Below, piece after piece: positions 1 to 9,283 of a stretch of 32,000 nt of DNA. Below the pieces are notes generated by a model. It was not told where the DNA came from, ran no database searches, and was given only the letters and a program-made list of their open reading frames with translations. A program made the position numbers and the translations under genes. Source of the DNA: Candidatus Jordarchaeales archaeon. GTDB taxonomy: Archaea > Asgardarchaeota > Jordiarchaeia > Jordiarchaeales > Freyrarchaeaceae. Positions within the stretch are counted from its first letter, which is position 1. Each line of letters starts with the position of its first letter. The DNA is taken from the NCBI GenBank assembly GCA_038858525.1, contig JAWCFL010000013.1, forward strand, positions 1 to 32,000, given 5' to 3'.

Positions 1-676
1 CTAAGCTTCAACGACGCAACAACTTTAGCATTAAACATGCTTACTTTGTGAAGGACTCTTCCTGTTTACTCTGGCGATTCAGCGGTTAAATCTAAGCTGT
101 CGACTTTTGGTTTTAACGCTTCGCCCATTTTCCCCACACCACTATTCTCGCCACACTGGAAGGCTACGGCCCCTAGCACCCATATGGCTTAAAATACGCT
201 TAAGCTCCGCATTGTTAAGCACTTTGCCAGGCGCTAAGACCCTTGAACCTTACGCCTTACCTTTGAGCCTAACACCAAAACAAGGCTGGAAACTCAACGC
301 CATGTTCCTAAGGAACATCTTTGATGGCGGTTAACATGTTGAGGCTTTTAGGAAGCTCACTCTCTTAAGACTCATGAAAAACAAGGTTTTCAAATATTTC
401 TCGTAAATCCCGATTACTTAAATAAGCCCTTTAGTAGTTCCTAGCGTCCTCCTCTAAGCCCACTCAAAGCCTAAAGCCTTAAGAAGTGGCCTACATTCCT
501 GTAAGCCCTACCGTGCTTTGGCTAGAATACTCAAACCAACTTTAAGCTCAAACGAGACACAATTGCCATTCTCCCCATCTGAAATTTACTTTTAGTGTTT
601 TCGACTTTTCTGATGATGGGAGGCTGAATTGTTCGGGAGCCTGTCGCTCGCCGACACACAGCATAAAAAGGAAAGG

Positions 677-2350
677 TTATAGGAGGTACCCTGCACCTTC
701 TGATGTTGGCTTGACTATTTTTGAGTACATGTTTAGAACTCCCTTCTTAACTTTTGGTTCAGGCGGCTTCCACCTTTTCAGCCTGCCTTCAAGCTCTTCT
801 TTTTGGATCTTTATGTTTAGTCTGCGTTCAGGTATGTCTATCGATATTATGTCTCCGTCCCTAACAACTGCTATTGGGCCGCCGCTCATGGCTTCAGGGT
901 CCACGTGCCCTATGCATGGGCCTCTTGTGGCTCCCGAGAATCTTCCGTCTGTAACGAGGGCTACTTTGTCTCCGAGCCCTGCGCCTATTAGGGCTGCTGT
1001 CGGCTTGAGCATCTCGCGCATTCCAGGGCCGCCGCGTGGCCCCTCATACCTTATGACCACTACTTCTCCCGGATTGATCTCGCGTCCAGTGATAGCCTTG
1101 AGGGCGGCTTCCTCGGAGTCGAACACCCTGGCTTCGCCCTCAAACTTCAACATTTTCGGGTCAACCGCCGCTTGCTTCACCACCGCACCGTTTGGAGCCA
1201 AGTTACCTTTGAGTATGGCTATTCCTCCTTCCTTGTGGACTGGGTTGTCCCTTGGCCTAATGACGTTCCTGTCAAGCACCACTGCGTCTTTAATGTTCTC
1301 CTTGAGTGTTTTTCCCGTAACTGTTAGCACGTCTGTATGTATGAGTTCTCCGAGCTCCTTTAGGACTGCCGGTATGCCCCCGGCGTCATCCAGCTCCTGA
1401 ACGGTGTATGGGCCACTGGGATCCATGTCGCATAAGTGGGGTGTTTCCCTGCTGAGGGCGTCGAAGAGGTCGAGCGTGAGCTTGATGCCTAGTTGCGACG
1501 CTATGGCGGGGAGGTGGAGGACTGTGTTTGTTGAGCCGCCGAGAGCCATGTCAACTCTGATAGCGTTCTCAATGGACTCGTAGGTCATTATGTCGCTCGG
1601 CTTGATTCCCTCCTCTATTAGTTTTACTATTTGCATTCCGGACTGCTTGGCGACTCTGAAGCGCCTGGCGTCGACGGCTGGTATGGTCGCCGACCCGGGA
1701 AGGGACATGCCGAGCGCCTCAGCGAGGCAACACATAGTGTTAGCAGTGTACATGCCTTGGCATGAGCCGCACCCTGGGAGGACGCGCTCGGACAGGGCTC
1801 GAGCCCCCCTCTCAAGGTCCTCTGAGGGGAAGATCATGCGGAGGAACTGCATTTCTAGAGCCCTTCTCCCCGTCACCTTCTCCCCCATGAAGCGCCCGGG
1901 CAGCATGGGGCCACCGTTCACGAAGATTGCCGGAATGTCTAGGAGGGCTGCAGCCATTAGCATTCCCGGAACTATCTTGTCGCAGGAGCCTATCAGGACC
2001 ATGCCGTCAAGCTGGTGGGCGTTAACCATCATCTCCACTGATGCAGCTATCAGATCCCTGCTTGGGAGGGGGTAGCGCATACCCTCATGCCCCATGGCTA
2101 TGCCGTCGCATATAGCTATAGTGTGGAACTGGAGGGGGGTGCCTCCCGCCATTCTGACCCCGGCCTCCACCGCTTCGGCTACAAGGTTAAGGTGGGCGTG
2201 TCCGGGCACGAGGTTCGTCCAGCTATTAACCACGGCTACCAGTGGCCTGTCTAGCTCTTCATCAGTGAAGCCGCATGCTTTAAGCAGTGTCCTCCCCATG
2301 TATCCCTCAACAGACCCGTAAACCTTCCTGCTTCTCAATTCAGCAGGCAT
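677..2350 (-). CDS. ilvD: Dihydroxy-acid dehydratase (IlvD/Edd family, Fe-S)
   Basis: 557 aa. Family motifs NSWTNLVPGHAHL, CDGIAMGHEGMRY, GSCDKIVPG, GSCQGMYTANTM, GGSTNTVLHL, YEGPRGGPGMREM, TDGRFSGATRG. SD-like GGAGGTG just upstream of the ATG. Confidence 0.9.
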   Translation of the reverse strand: MPAELRSRKVYGSVEGYMGRTLLKACGFTDEELDRPLVAVVNSWTNLVPGHAHLNLVAEAVEAGVRMAGGTPLQFHTIAICDGIAMGHEGMRYPLPSRDLIAASVEMMVNAHQLDGMVLIGSCDKIVPGMLMAAALLDIPAIFVNGGPMLPGRFMGEKVTGRRALEMQFLRMIFPSEDLERGARALSERVLPGCGSCQGMYTANTMCCLAEALGMSLPGSATIPAVDARRFRVAKQSGMQIVKLIEEGIKPSDIMTYESIENAIRVDMALGGSTNTVLHLPAIASQLGIKLTLDLFDALSRETPHLCDMDPSGPYTVQELDDAGGIPAVLKELGELIHTDVLTVTGKTLKENIKDAVVLDRNVIRPRDNPVHKEGGIAILKGNLAPNGAVVKQAAVDPKMLKFEGEARVFDSEEAALKAITGREINPGEVVVIRYEGPRGGPGMREMLKPTAALIGAGLGDKVALVTDGRFSGATRGPCIGHVDPEAMSGGPIAVVRDGDIISIDIPERRLNIKIQKEELEGRLKRWKPPEPKVKKGVLNMYSKIVKPTSEGAGYLL

Positions 2351-2531
2351 TTAATCACCTCCAGACAACGCACAGTTAATCCTAATAAAGGAAGGTTAAG
2401 TTTAACAAGAAGATTTCGGTGGTGGCTGAGAAGGAGGGTAAAATGTGCTTTTCTGGGGGTTGACGTGAAACCTTGTTACGCTAGATTAATTTGGTGGTCG
2501 GCGGGTATTTAATGGTGCTGAAGTAAAAGAA

Positions 2532-3503
2532 GTGTTTCGGGTGGTTGCCTTGAGGCACTTGGAGCTTTTGGAAGGTGCTGTATCTGCGTGCAGGCAGAAC
2601 CTTGCGGTTAAAGAGGGTGAGAATGTCGTCGTTGTTGTCGACCCTGAAATGGTTGTTTATGGCGAAGCGTTTGCCTATGCCGCTGAGATGATGGGTGCGG
2701 ATGTGACGCTGGCTTTGATGAAGGATAGGGGTAGGCATGGGGCTGAGCCCCCTAGGCCTGTTGCCGCCGCCATGGAGGCGGCTGACGTCTTCATTCTAAC
2801 CACCACGCATTCTTTGAGTCACACTGAGGCTAGGAGGAGGGCTACCGAGAGGGGTGGTAGGGGTGCCAGCCTCCCGGGGGTTACGAAGCAGATGTTCTTG
2901 GAGCCTATGATGGCTGATTACGGATATGTTAAGCGTGTCACGGAGGCTGTGGCTTCCCTGCTGGATAGGGGGGAGAAGGTTAGGTTGACGTCGCCGTCCG
3001 GAACAGATTTGACGCTCAGCTTGGAGGGTAGAGTTGCCATGAGGGATGATGGGGATTATACTCGCCCGGGGCTCTGGGGGAACCTTCCGGCTGGTGAGGC
3101 ATGTATAGCGCCAGTAGAGTCGGAGGGGGAGGGAGTTCTAGTAATGGAGCCTGTTGGGGGAGGAGGTGGCTCTTCGAGAATTACTATTAAGGACGGTAGG
3201 GCTGTTGGTTTTAAGGGGGAGGAGGCTAGGCGCTTAGAGGGCAAGCTGAGAGAGGTGGGGGGTTGCGCTTTTCAGGTTGCCGAGTTGGGCGTGGGAACGA
3301 ACCCTAAGGCTAGGCTTGTCGGGAACGTGCTAGAGGACGAGAAGGTTATGGGTACGGTTCACGTGGCCTTTGGGGATAACGTAAGCTTTCCGGGAGGGGA
3401 GAACAAGTGTGGGGTTCACGTGGACCTAATAGTTCTCAAGCCGACCTTGGTTATTGATGGGGTAGCGGTGATGAAGGAAGGAGTCATCTTGGTCGATTTG
3501 TAG
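2532..3503 (+). CDS. Thermophilic metalloprotease / aminopeptidase (M29, aminopeptidase T-like)
   Basis: 323 aa. Motifs GNLPAGE, ELGVGTNP, EDEKVMGTVHVAFG, HVDL. The GTG start is uncertain. Confidence 0.8.
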   Translation: MFRVVALRHLELLEGAVSACRQNLAVKEGENVVVVVDPEMVVYGEAFAYAAEMMGADVTLALMKDRGRHGAEPPRPVAAAMEAADVFILTTTHSLSHTEARRRATERGGRGASLPGVTKQMFLEPMMADYGYVKRVTEAVASLLDRGEKVRLTSPSGTDLTLSLEGRVAMRDDGDYTRPGLWGNLPAGEACIAPVESEGEGVLVMEPVGGGGGSSRITIKDGRAVGFKGEEARRLEGKLREVGGCAFQVAELGVGTNPKARLVGNVLEDEKVMGTVHVAFGDNVSFPGGENKCGVHVDLIVLKPTLVIDGVAVMKEGVILVDL

Positions 3504-3513
3504 CATTGCTTAT

Positions 3514-4563
3514 ATGTTGCGTGATTTAGAAATTAAACTAGGGGGTGTCTGGTTGAAAGATAAACCCATGGTGGAGTTGCTGGAGGAACTTAAGGAGGGT
3601 GACCCGGCCAAGATTCCATCCACGCTCAGCGACCTTTGCTCCTACGCTGAGCAGGGAGTCTATGACCCTGACGTGCCCTTATGGCTGGTCAAGCTGATCG
3701 ACCCCCACCAGGACAGTAAGGTTTTAGTTTACGCTCTGCGGCTTGCAACCCTTTACTGTTCAGAGGGGCTCGTCTACCCAGGTATAATAGATGCGGCGCA
3801 GTCCCTCATAGATCATGGGGACGATGAGGTTAAGGCGCACGTGATCTACTTTCTTGCTGTGTGCGCCCGGATGGGTAGGGTTAGTGGTAGCGTTCTCGAA
3901 AAACTGGTAAGCCTAATGGAGACGGGACCCGTGGAGGTTGCACTAATGGCTGTCGAGACCATTATAGCTTATGCCGAGGAGGGGTTAATGCTTCCAAGCG
4001 TTCCCAGCATCGCCGTCAAGGTTCTGGAGCGCAACAATGGTAATCTTCGGGCGTCAGCGTTGAGGCTGCTGAGCACTTACGCCGAGAGGAACCTTCTAGC
4101 TGAGATGTTTTTAGAGGTCGCCCCATCATTTCTCGATTCGGATGATGAAGCTGTACGCTTAGAGGCGTTGGCATGCCTCTGGAGGTACGCGGTTAGGGGT
4201 GTGACGTCCACCGAAACGTTGAGGTTGTTGCTCAAAACGTTGAGGGACGAGTCTTTCAATGTTCAAGTAGCCGCGGCGCGCGCAATTTGGAGGTATGCTG
4301 AATTAGGCGTTGGAGGACGCTGGGTAGTAGATGAGTTGGCTCAGCTTCTCAAATGTGAAAATCCGTTCATGAGGGGAGTTGCGGTCTATGCTTTGCTTAT
4401 TTATGCTCGAAAGGGGCTCTTTTCGCCTCTCGCGGCGAAGTTTCTTCCAGCCCTTCTAGAGGATGAGGAGGAGAACGTTAGAAGCGTAGCGCTTCAAGTA
4501 ATAGAGGAGTACGAGAGAGCGGAGGGGGCTCTTGGGAATTTCAATGAGCCTACTTCGCCTTGA
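3514..4563 (+). CDS. HEAT/ARM-like repeat protein
   Basis: 349 aa, all-helical, with recurring ~38-aa units such as LIDHGDDEVKAHVIYFL, FLDSDDEAVRLEALACL, TLRDESFNVQVAAARAI, LLEDEEENVRSVALQVI. Starts 10 nt after the aminopeptidase; 3' end overlaps the convergent ileS by 14 nt. Confidence 0.75.
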   Translation: MLRDLEIKLGGVWLKDKPMVELLEELKEGDPAKIPSTLSDLCSYAEQGVYDPDVPLWLVKLIDPHQDSKVLVYALRLATLYCSEGLVYPGIIDAAQSLIDHGDDEVKAHVIYFLAVCARMGRVSGSVLEKLVSLMETGPVEVALMAVETIIAYAEEGLMLPSVPSIAVKVLERNNGNLRASALRLLSTYAERNLLAEMFLEVAPSFLDSDDEAVRLEALACLWRYAVRGVTSTETLRLLLKTLRDESFNVQVAAARAIWRYAELGVGGRWVVDELAQLLKCENPFMRGVAVYALLIYARKGLFSPLAAKFLPALLEDEEENVRSVALQVIEEYERAEGALGNFNEPTSP

Positions 4564-7500
4564 TTGTTATGGTTATTTTCTCGTCGTCTATCACCCACTC
4601 CTTGCGGTATCCTTCTCCTTCGCCGTGCGTTATGGTTTCAGCCAGCGTCTCGCCTTTAATGTACTCCATGTTTTCCTCAAGATCTCTGAAGACTGCAGGG
4701 TCACACTCCACCGCCACTTCTATTTTCTGCATGAAGTCAAGGTTCATGTCTTTCCTCATCGCCTGTATTCTCCTAACAACTTCTCTCGCGAGAGCCTCTC
4801 TTCTCAGCTCCTCGGTGACCTCGGTGTTGACGAGCAGGTAAACCGTTGTCTTCTTTCCATCCTTGACGTAAGTCACCGGGTCGCCCACCGCGTATCCTTC
4901 CTTCGCCTTCACATCCACCTCGACGTCCTCTCTAGTAATAGTGAAAGTCTCGCCATCAACGCGTAAGGAGTACTCTCCCCGCTCCTCAAGGCTGACCGCC
5001 ACGTCGTCTGGTTTTTCCTTTGAGAGCTGCTCGACGACCTTCTTCGCTTTGCCCTTAAACTTTGGACCAAGCGACTTGAAGTTCGGCTTAACGGAGTATG
5101 TAAGGTATTCTCTTGGGTTCGTGGAGTAATTGACCTCTTTAACGTTAAGCTCGTCTCTAAGGTACTCCTCCAGCGGAGCTATGTTTCTCAGCGTTTCTTC
5201 CTGGGCGACCACTACAGCTTCTCTCAACGGATGCCTGAGCTTTATCCCCCTACTGGCCCTAGCCGACCTACCGGAAGCAGCGAGCCTTATCACCAGCTCC
5301 ATGTTTCTCTCAAGGTCCAAGTCTATTTCTTCCTTAACCGGTTCGGGAAAGTCTGTTAGGTGGACGCTTTCAGCAGCCCTCTCGTCTCCCCTCGAGAGGT
5401 TTTTGTATATGGCTTCTGTGGTGAAGGGTATGAAGGGAGCTAGGAGACGTGTGACAGTTTCCAGCGCTCTGTAGAGGGTGTAGTAGGCGCTTCTCTTATC
5501 CTCGTCCATCTCGTTTCTCCAGAAGCGCCTGCGGGAGCGCCGCAGGTACCAGTTGCTGAGCTCGTCCACGACGAATTCGTCGAGCGCCCTAGCAGCCCTA
5601 TGTATCATGTAGCTCTCCATTTCTCTCCTAACGGTCACTATGAGCGTTGAGAGCCTGCTGAGAAGCCACCTGTCAAGCTCACTTGTCACCTTCGGCCTCT
5701 CGCCGACGTGAGGGTTGAACTCGTCTATGTTGGCGTTTGCAACATAGAAGAAGTAGACGTTCCAGAGAGTGTTGAGGAAGTGGTTTCTCGTCTCGACAAC
5801 CATTCTCTCGCTGAACCGCTTCGGTATCCATGGAGGACTTGATACGAAGAAATACCACCTCATGGCGTCGGCGCCCACGTTCCTGAATATCACGTTTGGG
5901 TCAACCACGTTCCCACGGGACTTGCTCATCTTCCTGCCCTGCTCATCTAACACGTGTCCCAGGGAGAGAACGTTCTCGTAAGCGTGGCTCCCAAAAACAG
6001 CCGTTGCGACGGCGTGTAGCGTGTAGAACCACCCTCTGCACTGATCTACCGCCTCTGTTATGAAAGTTACAGGGAAGGTTTCCTTGAATAGTTCAACGTT
6101 CTCGAAAGGATAATGGTACTGGGCGAAGGGAGCCGCGCCGGAGTCGTACCAGCAGTCTATGACGTACGGCTCCCTTTTCATCATATTCCCGCACTCGGGG
6201 CACGGGAAGCTTATCGCGTCGACCATTGGTTTATGTGGGTCGAATCCCTCTGGAAGCTTGCCCGCGTATCTTTCAAGCTCCTCGTAGCTTCCAACGCATA
6301 CGTGGTGTCCCTTGGGGCAAGTCCACACGGGAAGAGGAGTCCCCCAGAACCTGTTTCTGCTGAGAGCCCAGTCCTTGGCCTCCTCTATGAATTTTCCGAA
6401 TCTCCCCTTCTTGAAGTATGATGGATACCAGTTTATCTTCTCGTTATTCTCTAGTAGCTTATCTCTTATGGCGCTCATTTTAATGTACCACGTCTCTATG
6501 GCGTAGTACAGGAGGGGGGTGTCGCACCGCCAGCAGTGAGGGTACGGGTGGACTATGGTTCCAGCCTTGTATAGGAGACCCCTGCTTCGAAGGTCATCTA
6601 TTATTTTTCCGTCGGCATCCTTCATATAGAGTCCCTTGAATGGTTCCGCTTCATCCTTCACGCGGCCAGACTCGTCGACTAGCTGGATCACCGGGAGCTT
6701 GTACTTCTTCGCCACCTCAAAGTCCTCAGGGCCGAAGGCTGGAGCGATGTGAACTACTCCTGTCCCTTCCGTCTCCGTCACGAAGTCTCCGAGCACAACG
6801 TACCACGCCTTCCTGTCAGGCTTAACGAAGGAGTAAAGCGGTTCATACTCCTTTCCTTCAAGCTCCCTTCCCTTAAACGTCTTCAAAACCGTGTATTTTC
6901 CTTCAAGAAGCATTTGGAGAGGCTTCGCCAGTATGTACCTTTCACCTTTCTGCTCCACGAGTATGTATTCTAAATCTGGATGTACTGCGAGCGCCACGTT
7001 GGACAGCAGTGTCCAGGGCGTGGTTGTCCAGACAAGGAAGTAAGTGTTCTCTTCACCCTTAACCTTAAACTTGACATGGATAGATGGGTCAGCTGTGTCC
7101 TTGTATCCGCCCAGGGCAACTTCATGGGAGCTGAGAGGGGTCCCACACCTCGGGCAGTAGAGGACAACGTAATAGTCCTTGTAGAGCATTCTGCCCTTCT
7201 CGCCGTCCTTCTCCCACGTCTTCTCCCAGAGTTGTTTGAGGGACCACCACACGGACTCGATGTACTCCTTGCTCAGCGTCACGTATGGGTGTTCCATGTC
7301 AAGCCACGTGCCAGTGCGCTCAGTCATCTTCACCCACTCGCGCTCATACTTGAAGACGCTCATCCTGCACATTTCGTTAAAGCGCTCAACGCCGAAAACC
7401 TCAATGTCCCTCTTACTGTTAAGTCTAAGCTCCTTCTCCACCTCTATCTCCACGGGAAGCCCGTGACAGTCCCACCCAGCAATCCGGGGAACCACGTCAT

Positions 7501-7735
7501 CACCTATCATGGTTCTAAACCTAAGGACGACGTCCTTAACACACCTCGTCAACACATGGCCCACGTGAGGCAAGCCATTAGCTGTCGGCGGCCCCTCGAG
7601 AAAGACAAACCTGCGTCCACCCTTCCTGAGGCTTCTGACCTTACTGAAAATTTTGTGCTCCTTCCAGAACCTGAGGATCTCCTCCTCTAACTTAGGGAAG
7701 TCAACTGATGTCTCAACGTTATCGTATATCCCCAA
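4550..7735 (-). CDS. ileS: Isoleucyl-tRNA synthetase (archaeal/eukaryotic type)
   Basis: 1061 aa. EGPPTANGLPHVGH (HIGH motif), GWDCHGLPVE, WTTTPWTL, GTGVVHIAPAFG, DWALSRNRFWGTP, KMSKSRGN, LSNWYLRRSRRRFW. TTG start preceded by GGGTGG. Confidence 0.97.
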   Translation of the reverse strand: MGIYDNVETSVDFPKLEEEILRFWKEHKIFSKVRSLRKGGRRFVFLEGPPTANGLPHVGHVLTRCVKDVVLRFRTMIGDDVVPRIAGWDCHGLPVEIEVEKELRLNSKRDIEVFGVERFNEMCRMSVFKYEREWVKMTERTGTWLDMEHPYVTLSKEYIESVWWSLKQLWEKTWEKDGEKGRMLYKDYYVVLYCPRCGTPLSSHEVALGGYKDTADPSIHVKFKVKGEENTYFLVWTTTPWTLLSNVALAVHPDLEYILVEQKGERYILAKPLQMLLEGKYTVLKTFKGRELEGKEYEPLYSFVKPDRKAWYVVLGDFVTETEGTGVVHIAPAFGPEDFEVAKKYKLPVIQLVDESGRVKDEAEPFKGLYMKDADGKIIDDLRSRGLLYKAGTIVHPYPHCWRCDTPLLYYAIETWYIKMSAIRDKLLENNEKINWYPSYFKKGRFGKFIEEAKDWALSRNRFWGTPLPVWTCPKGHHVCVGSYEELERYAGKLPEGFDPHKPMVDAISFPCPECGNMMKREPYVIDCWYDSGAAPFAQYHYPFENVELFKETFPVTFITEAVDQCRGWFYTLHAVATAVFGSHAYENVLSLGHVLDEQGRKMSKSRGNVVDPNVIFRNVGADAMRWYFFVSSPPWIPKRFSERMVVETRNHFLNTLWNVYFFYVANANIDEFNPHVGERPKVTSELDRWLLSRLSTLIVTVRREMESYMIHRAARALDEFVVDELSNWYLRRSRRRFWRNEMDEDKRSAYYTLYRALETVTRLLAPFIPFTTEAIYKNLSRGDERAAESVHLTDFPEPVKEEIDLDLERNMELVIRLAASGRSARASRGIKLRHPLREAVVVAQEETLRNIAPLEEYLRDELNVKEVNYSTNPREYLTYSVKPNFKSLGPKFKGKAKKVVEQLSKEKPDDVAVSLEERGEYSLRVDGETFTITREDVEVDVKAKEGYAVGDPVTYVKDGKKTTVYLLVNTEVTEELRREALAREVVRRIQAMRKDMNLDFMQKIEVAVECDPAVFRDLEENMEYIKGETLAETITHGEGEGYRKEWVIDDEKITITIKAK

Positions 7736-7747
7736 AGCGCACCACCC

Positions 7748-7831
7748 TTAAACATTATCAAGTCTGAAAAAAGATTTGAAGCCAGCCGTCAAAGTGAACT
7801 CAGCGAAGCACTCTGACGCTGGTTCAACCAT
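7748..7831 (-). CDS. Candidate upstream ORF in the ileS leader (27 aa, MVEPASECFAEFTLTAGFKSFFRLDNV)
   Basis: GGAGGT-TTC-ATG at 7840-7829; in-frame TAA at 7750-7748, 12 nt before the ileS start. Below the size cutoff of the ORF track; translation is unproven. Confidence 0.35.
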   Translation of the reverse strand: MVEPASECFAEFTLTAGFKSFFRLDNV

Positions 7832-7870
7832 GAAACCTCCATCAATAAAAACGGCAAAGAAAAGACAAGT

Positions 7871-7885
7871 ATTTTAAATTTTCCC
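7871..7885 (-). promoter_or_regulatory. BRE + TATA box, putative ileS promoter
   Basis: The minus strand reads GGGAAAA-TTTAAAAT, an archaeal BRE/TATA arrangement. It implies a start near 7847 and a ~110-nt leader. Confidence 0.5.
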
Positions 7886-8198
7886 ACCAAAAACGCCACC
7901 AAAACCCGTGAAACACAAACATTGAGTATTCCACGAAACTTAGAATTTAGGTTCCCAGAGGCTGCCTAAAAGACCATAACGTGTAAATTGCGTTTCGTAG
8001 TCTCTAAGGTGTCAATGCCGAGCTGGAAGCCTATACCAGCCATGTTAGTAGCCGGATGAATGCAAGATTAAGGTGAAGTTGCAAGAAGCCGCCTCATCCG
8101 AAAACCCACGAGAGGGTAGCAAGGGAGAGAGGCGATAGGAAATCAAAACATGGAAGTTTAATGTTTCAGTTAGCTTGGTGAGTCGGTAGCGCTGAACG

Positions 8199-9074
8199 CT
8201 AAATCTTTTTCAAGGTTTGTTGGGATTCGATCGTATGATCCTCTGTGACCTTTATGAATCCTGTGTTCTTCAGTGTGCGGTAGTGCCTGGCGATGAGGGC
8301 TACCTGTAGAGGATCAGCTGAGAGTATGGCTTCCCTGAGAGAAGCGTAGCTACCAATGTTCTCTAGGAATTTTACGAGCTCCGGTTCGAATCCACGCTCC
8401 ATGAAGGGAAGGTTTTTCGCAGCTCTTGTCGTGATGACTTTTTTATCTAGGTCCATGAAAAGCGTTGAGGCGCTCGGAGTGCAGGCGGCGGGATTTGACG
8501 CCACAGATACAAGTATGGCTTGAACTGTAGGGCTTCGAACAATCTTTGGCTCAACCCGTGCGGCCTGCGACAGCAACTCCTGGAGAACTTGGAAGAAGCC
8601 TCTATTCCAGCCAATCTCCCTAGCGACCACCATCCTGTTACTCTGCGACGCGAGCACCCACAACTCTCTCCCCGCTAAGGTGATGAATCTTGATGATTCC
8701 GCAAGGGGAAGAACTTCTTCCGGCGGTATCTCACCCCGCCAGTAAGCGGAACAGTAAACTTTTTCGTCCCAGTCGGCGAAAAGCATGTTGACATGGGAGT
8801 CGAGAAAAGCGATCCCACCAATGTCAGTCCAACCCCTGACTCCGACACCACCCTTCACTACGGGGTAAACATAACTGGACATGACGTGACCGTCACAGTC
8901 AAAATACACTATAAGAACATGGTCACCATGGTCAAAGCTTAAAGGGGCAAAGCCAACCGCTTTAAGCTGCTCAATAAACCACCTGAAGGAGTCCCCCTCA
9001 GCTGTAACGTCAAACTCGAAGAAGCTACCACACAAAACACACTCGACAATCCCCCTAAACCTCAAAGCACTCAC
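8199..9074 (-). CDS. Hypothetical protein with an N-terminal CxxC (zinc-ribbon-like) segment
   Basis: The ORF track calls 8199-9209, but its first 45 codons lie in AT-rich promoter-like DNA. GTG at 9074 after GGTGGGGGT gives MSALRFRGIVECVLCGSFFEFDV... (291 aa). Further metal-ligand candidates in YFDCDGH. Confidence 0.65.
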   Translation of the reverse strand: MSALRFRGIVECVLCGSFFEFDVTAEGDSFRWFIEQLKAVGFAPLSFDHGDHVLIVYFDCDGHVMSSYVYPVVKGGVGVRGWTDIGGIAFLDSHVNMLFADWDEKVYCSAYWRGEIPPEEVLPLAESSRFITLAGRELWVLASQSNRMVVAREIGWNRGFFQVLQELLSQAARVEPKIVRSPTVQAILVSVASNPAACTPSASTLFMDLDKKVITTRAAKNLPFMERGFEPELVKFLENIGSYASLREAILSADPLQVALIARHYRTLKNTGFIKVTEDHTIESQQTLKKI

Positions 9075-9283
9075 ACCCCCACCAAAGAAAACTATAATCT
9101 TACATAATTTTCCTCGTTCATATTTTTTTATATTTCGTTTATTTACACCACTATTTTTGTGGAAAAATATCGAGGTAGCTATGGAAAAATTCCCGAACAA
9201 AAACACCATTCATACTCATAACGACAAAAAACCAACGCGCCGAAAACAAAAAATGGAAAGTGAAATGGGAATGAAGCACAGTG

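Noticed and set aside
1-676. Gene-poor stretch including ORF 107-334 and a perfect 17-bp palindrome ATGTTCCT-A-AGGAACAT at 302-318
   Set aside because: No recognisable domain, SD sequence or transposase/terminal-repeat signature. A single short palindrome can arise by chance and has no clear promoter context.
711-2321. Plus-strand ORFs 711-1400, 1590-2075 and 2094-2321
   Set aside because: Antisense shadows of ilvD with Ser/Pro/Thr-rich composition typical of reverse-frame translation.
4532-7690. Several plus-strand ORFs (e.g. 4532-4966, 6980-7690) inside ileS
   Set aside because: Fully antisense to a conserved essential gene, with no motifs.
9075-9209. N-terminal extension of the 336-aa ORF call
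   Set aside because: AT-rich, promoter-like DNA; a better SD and GTG start lie at 9074.
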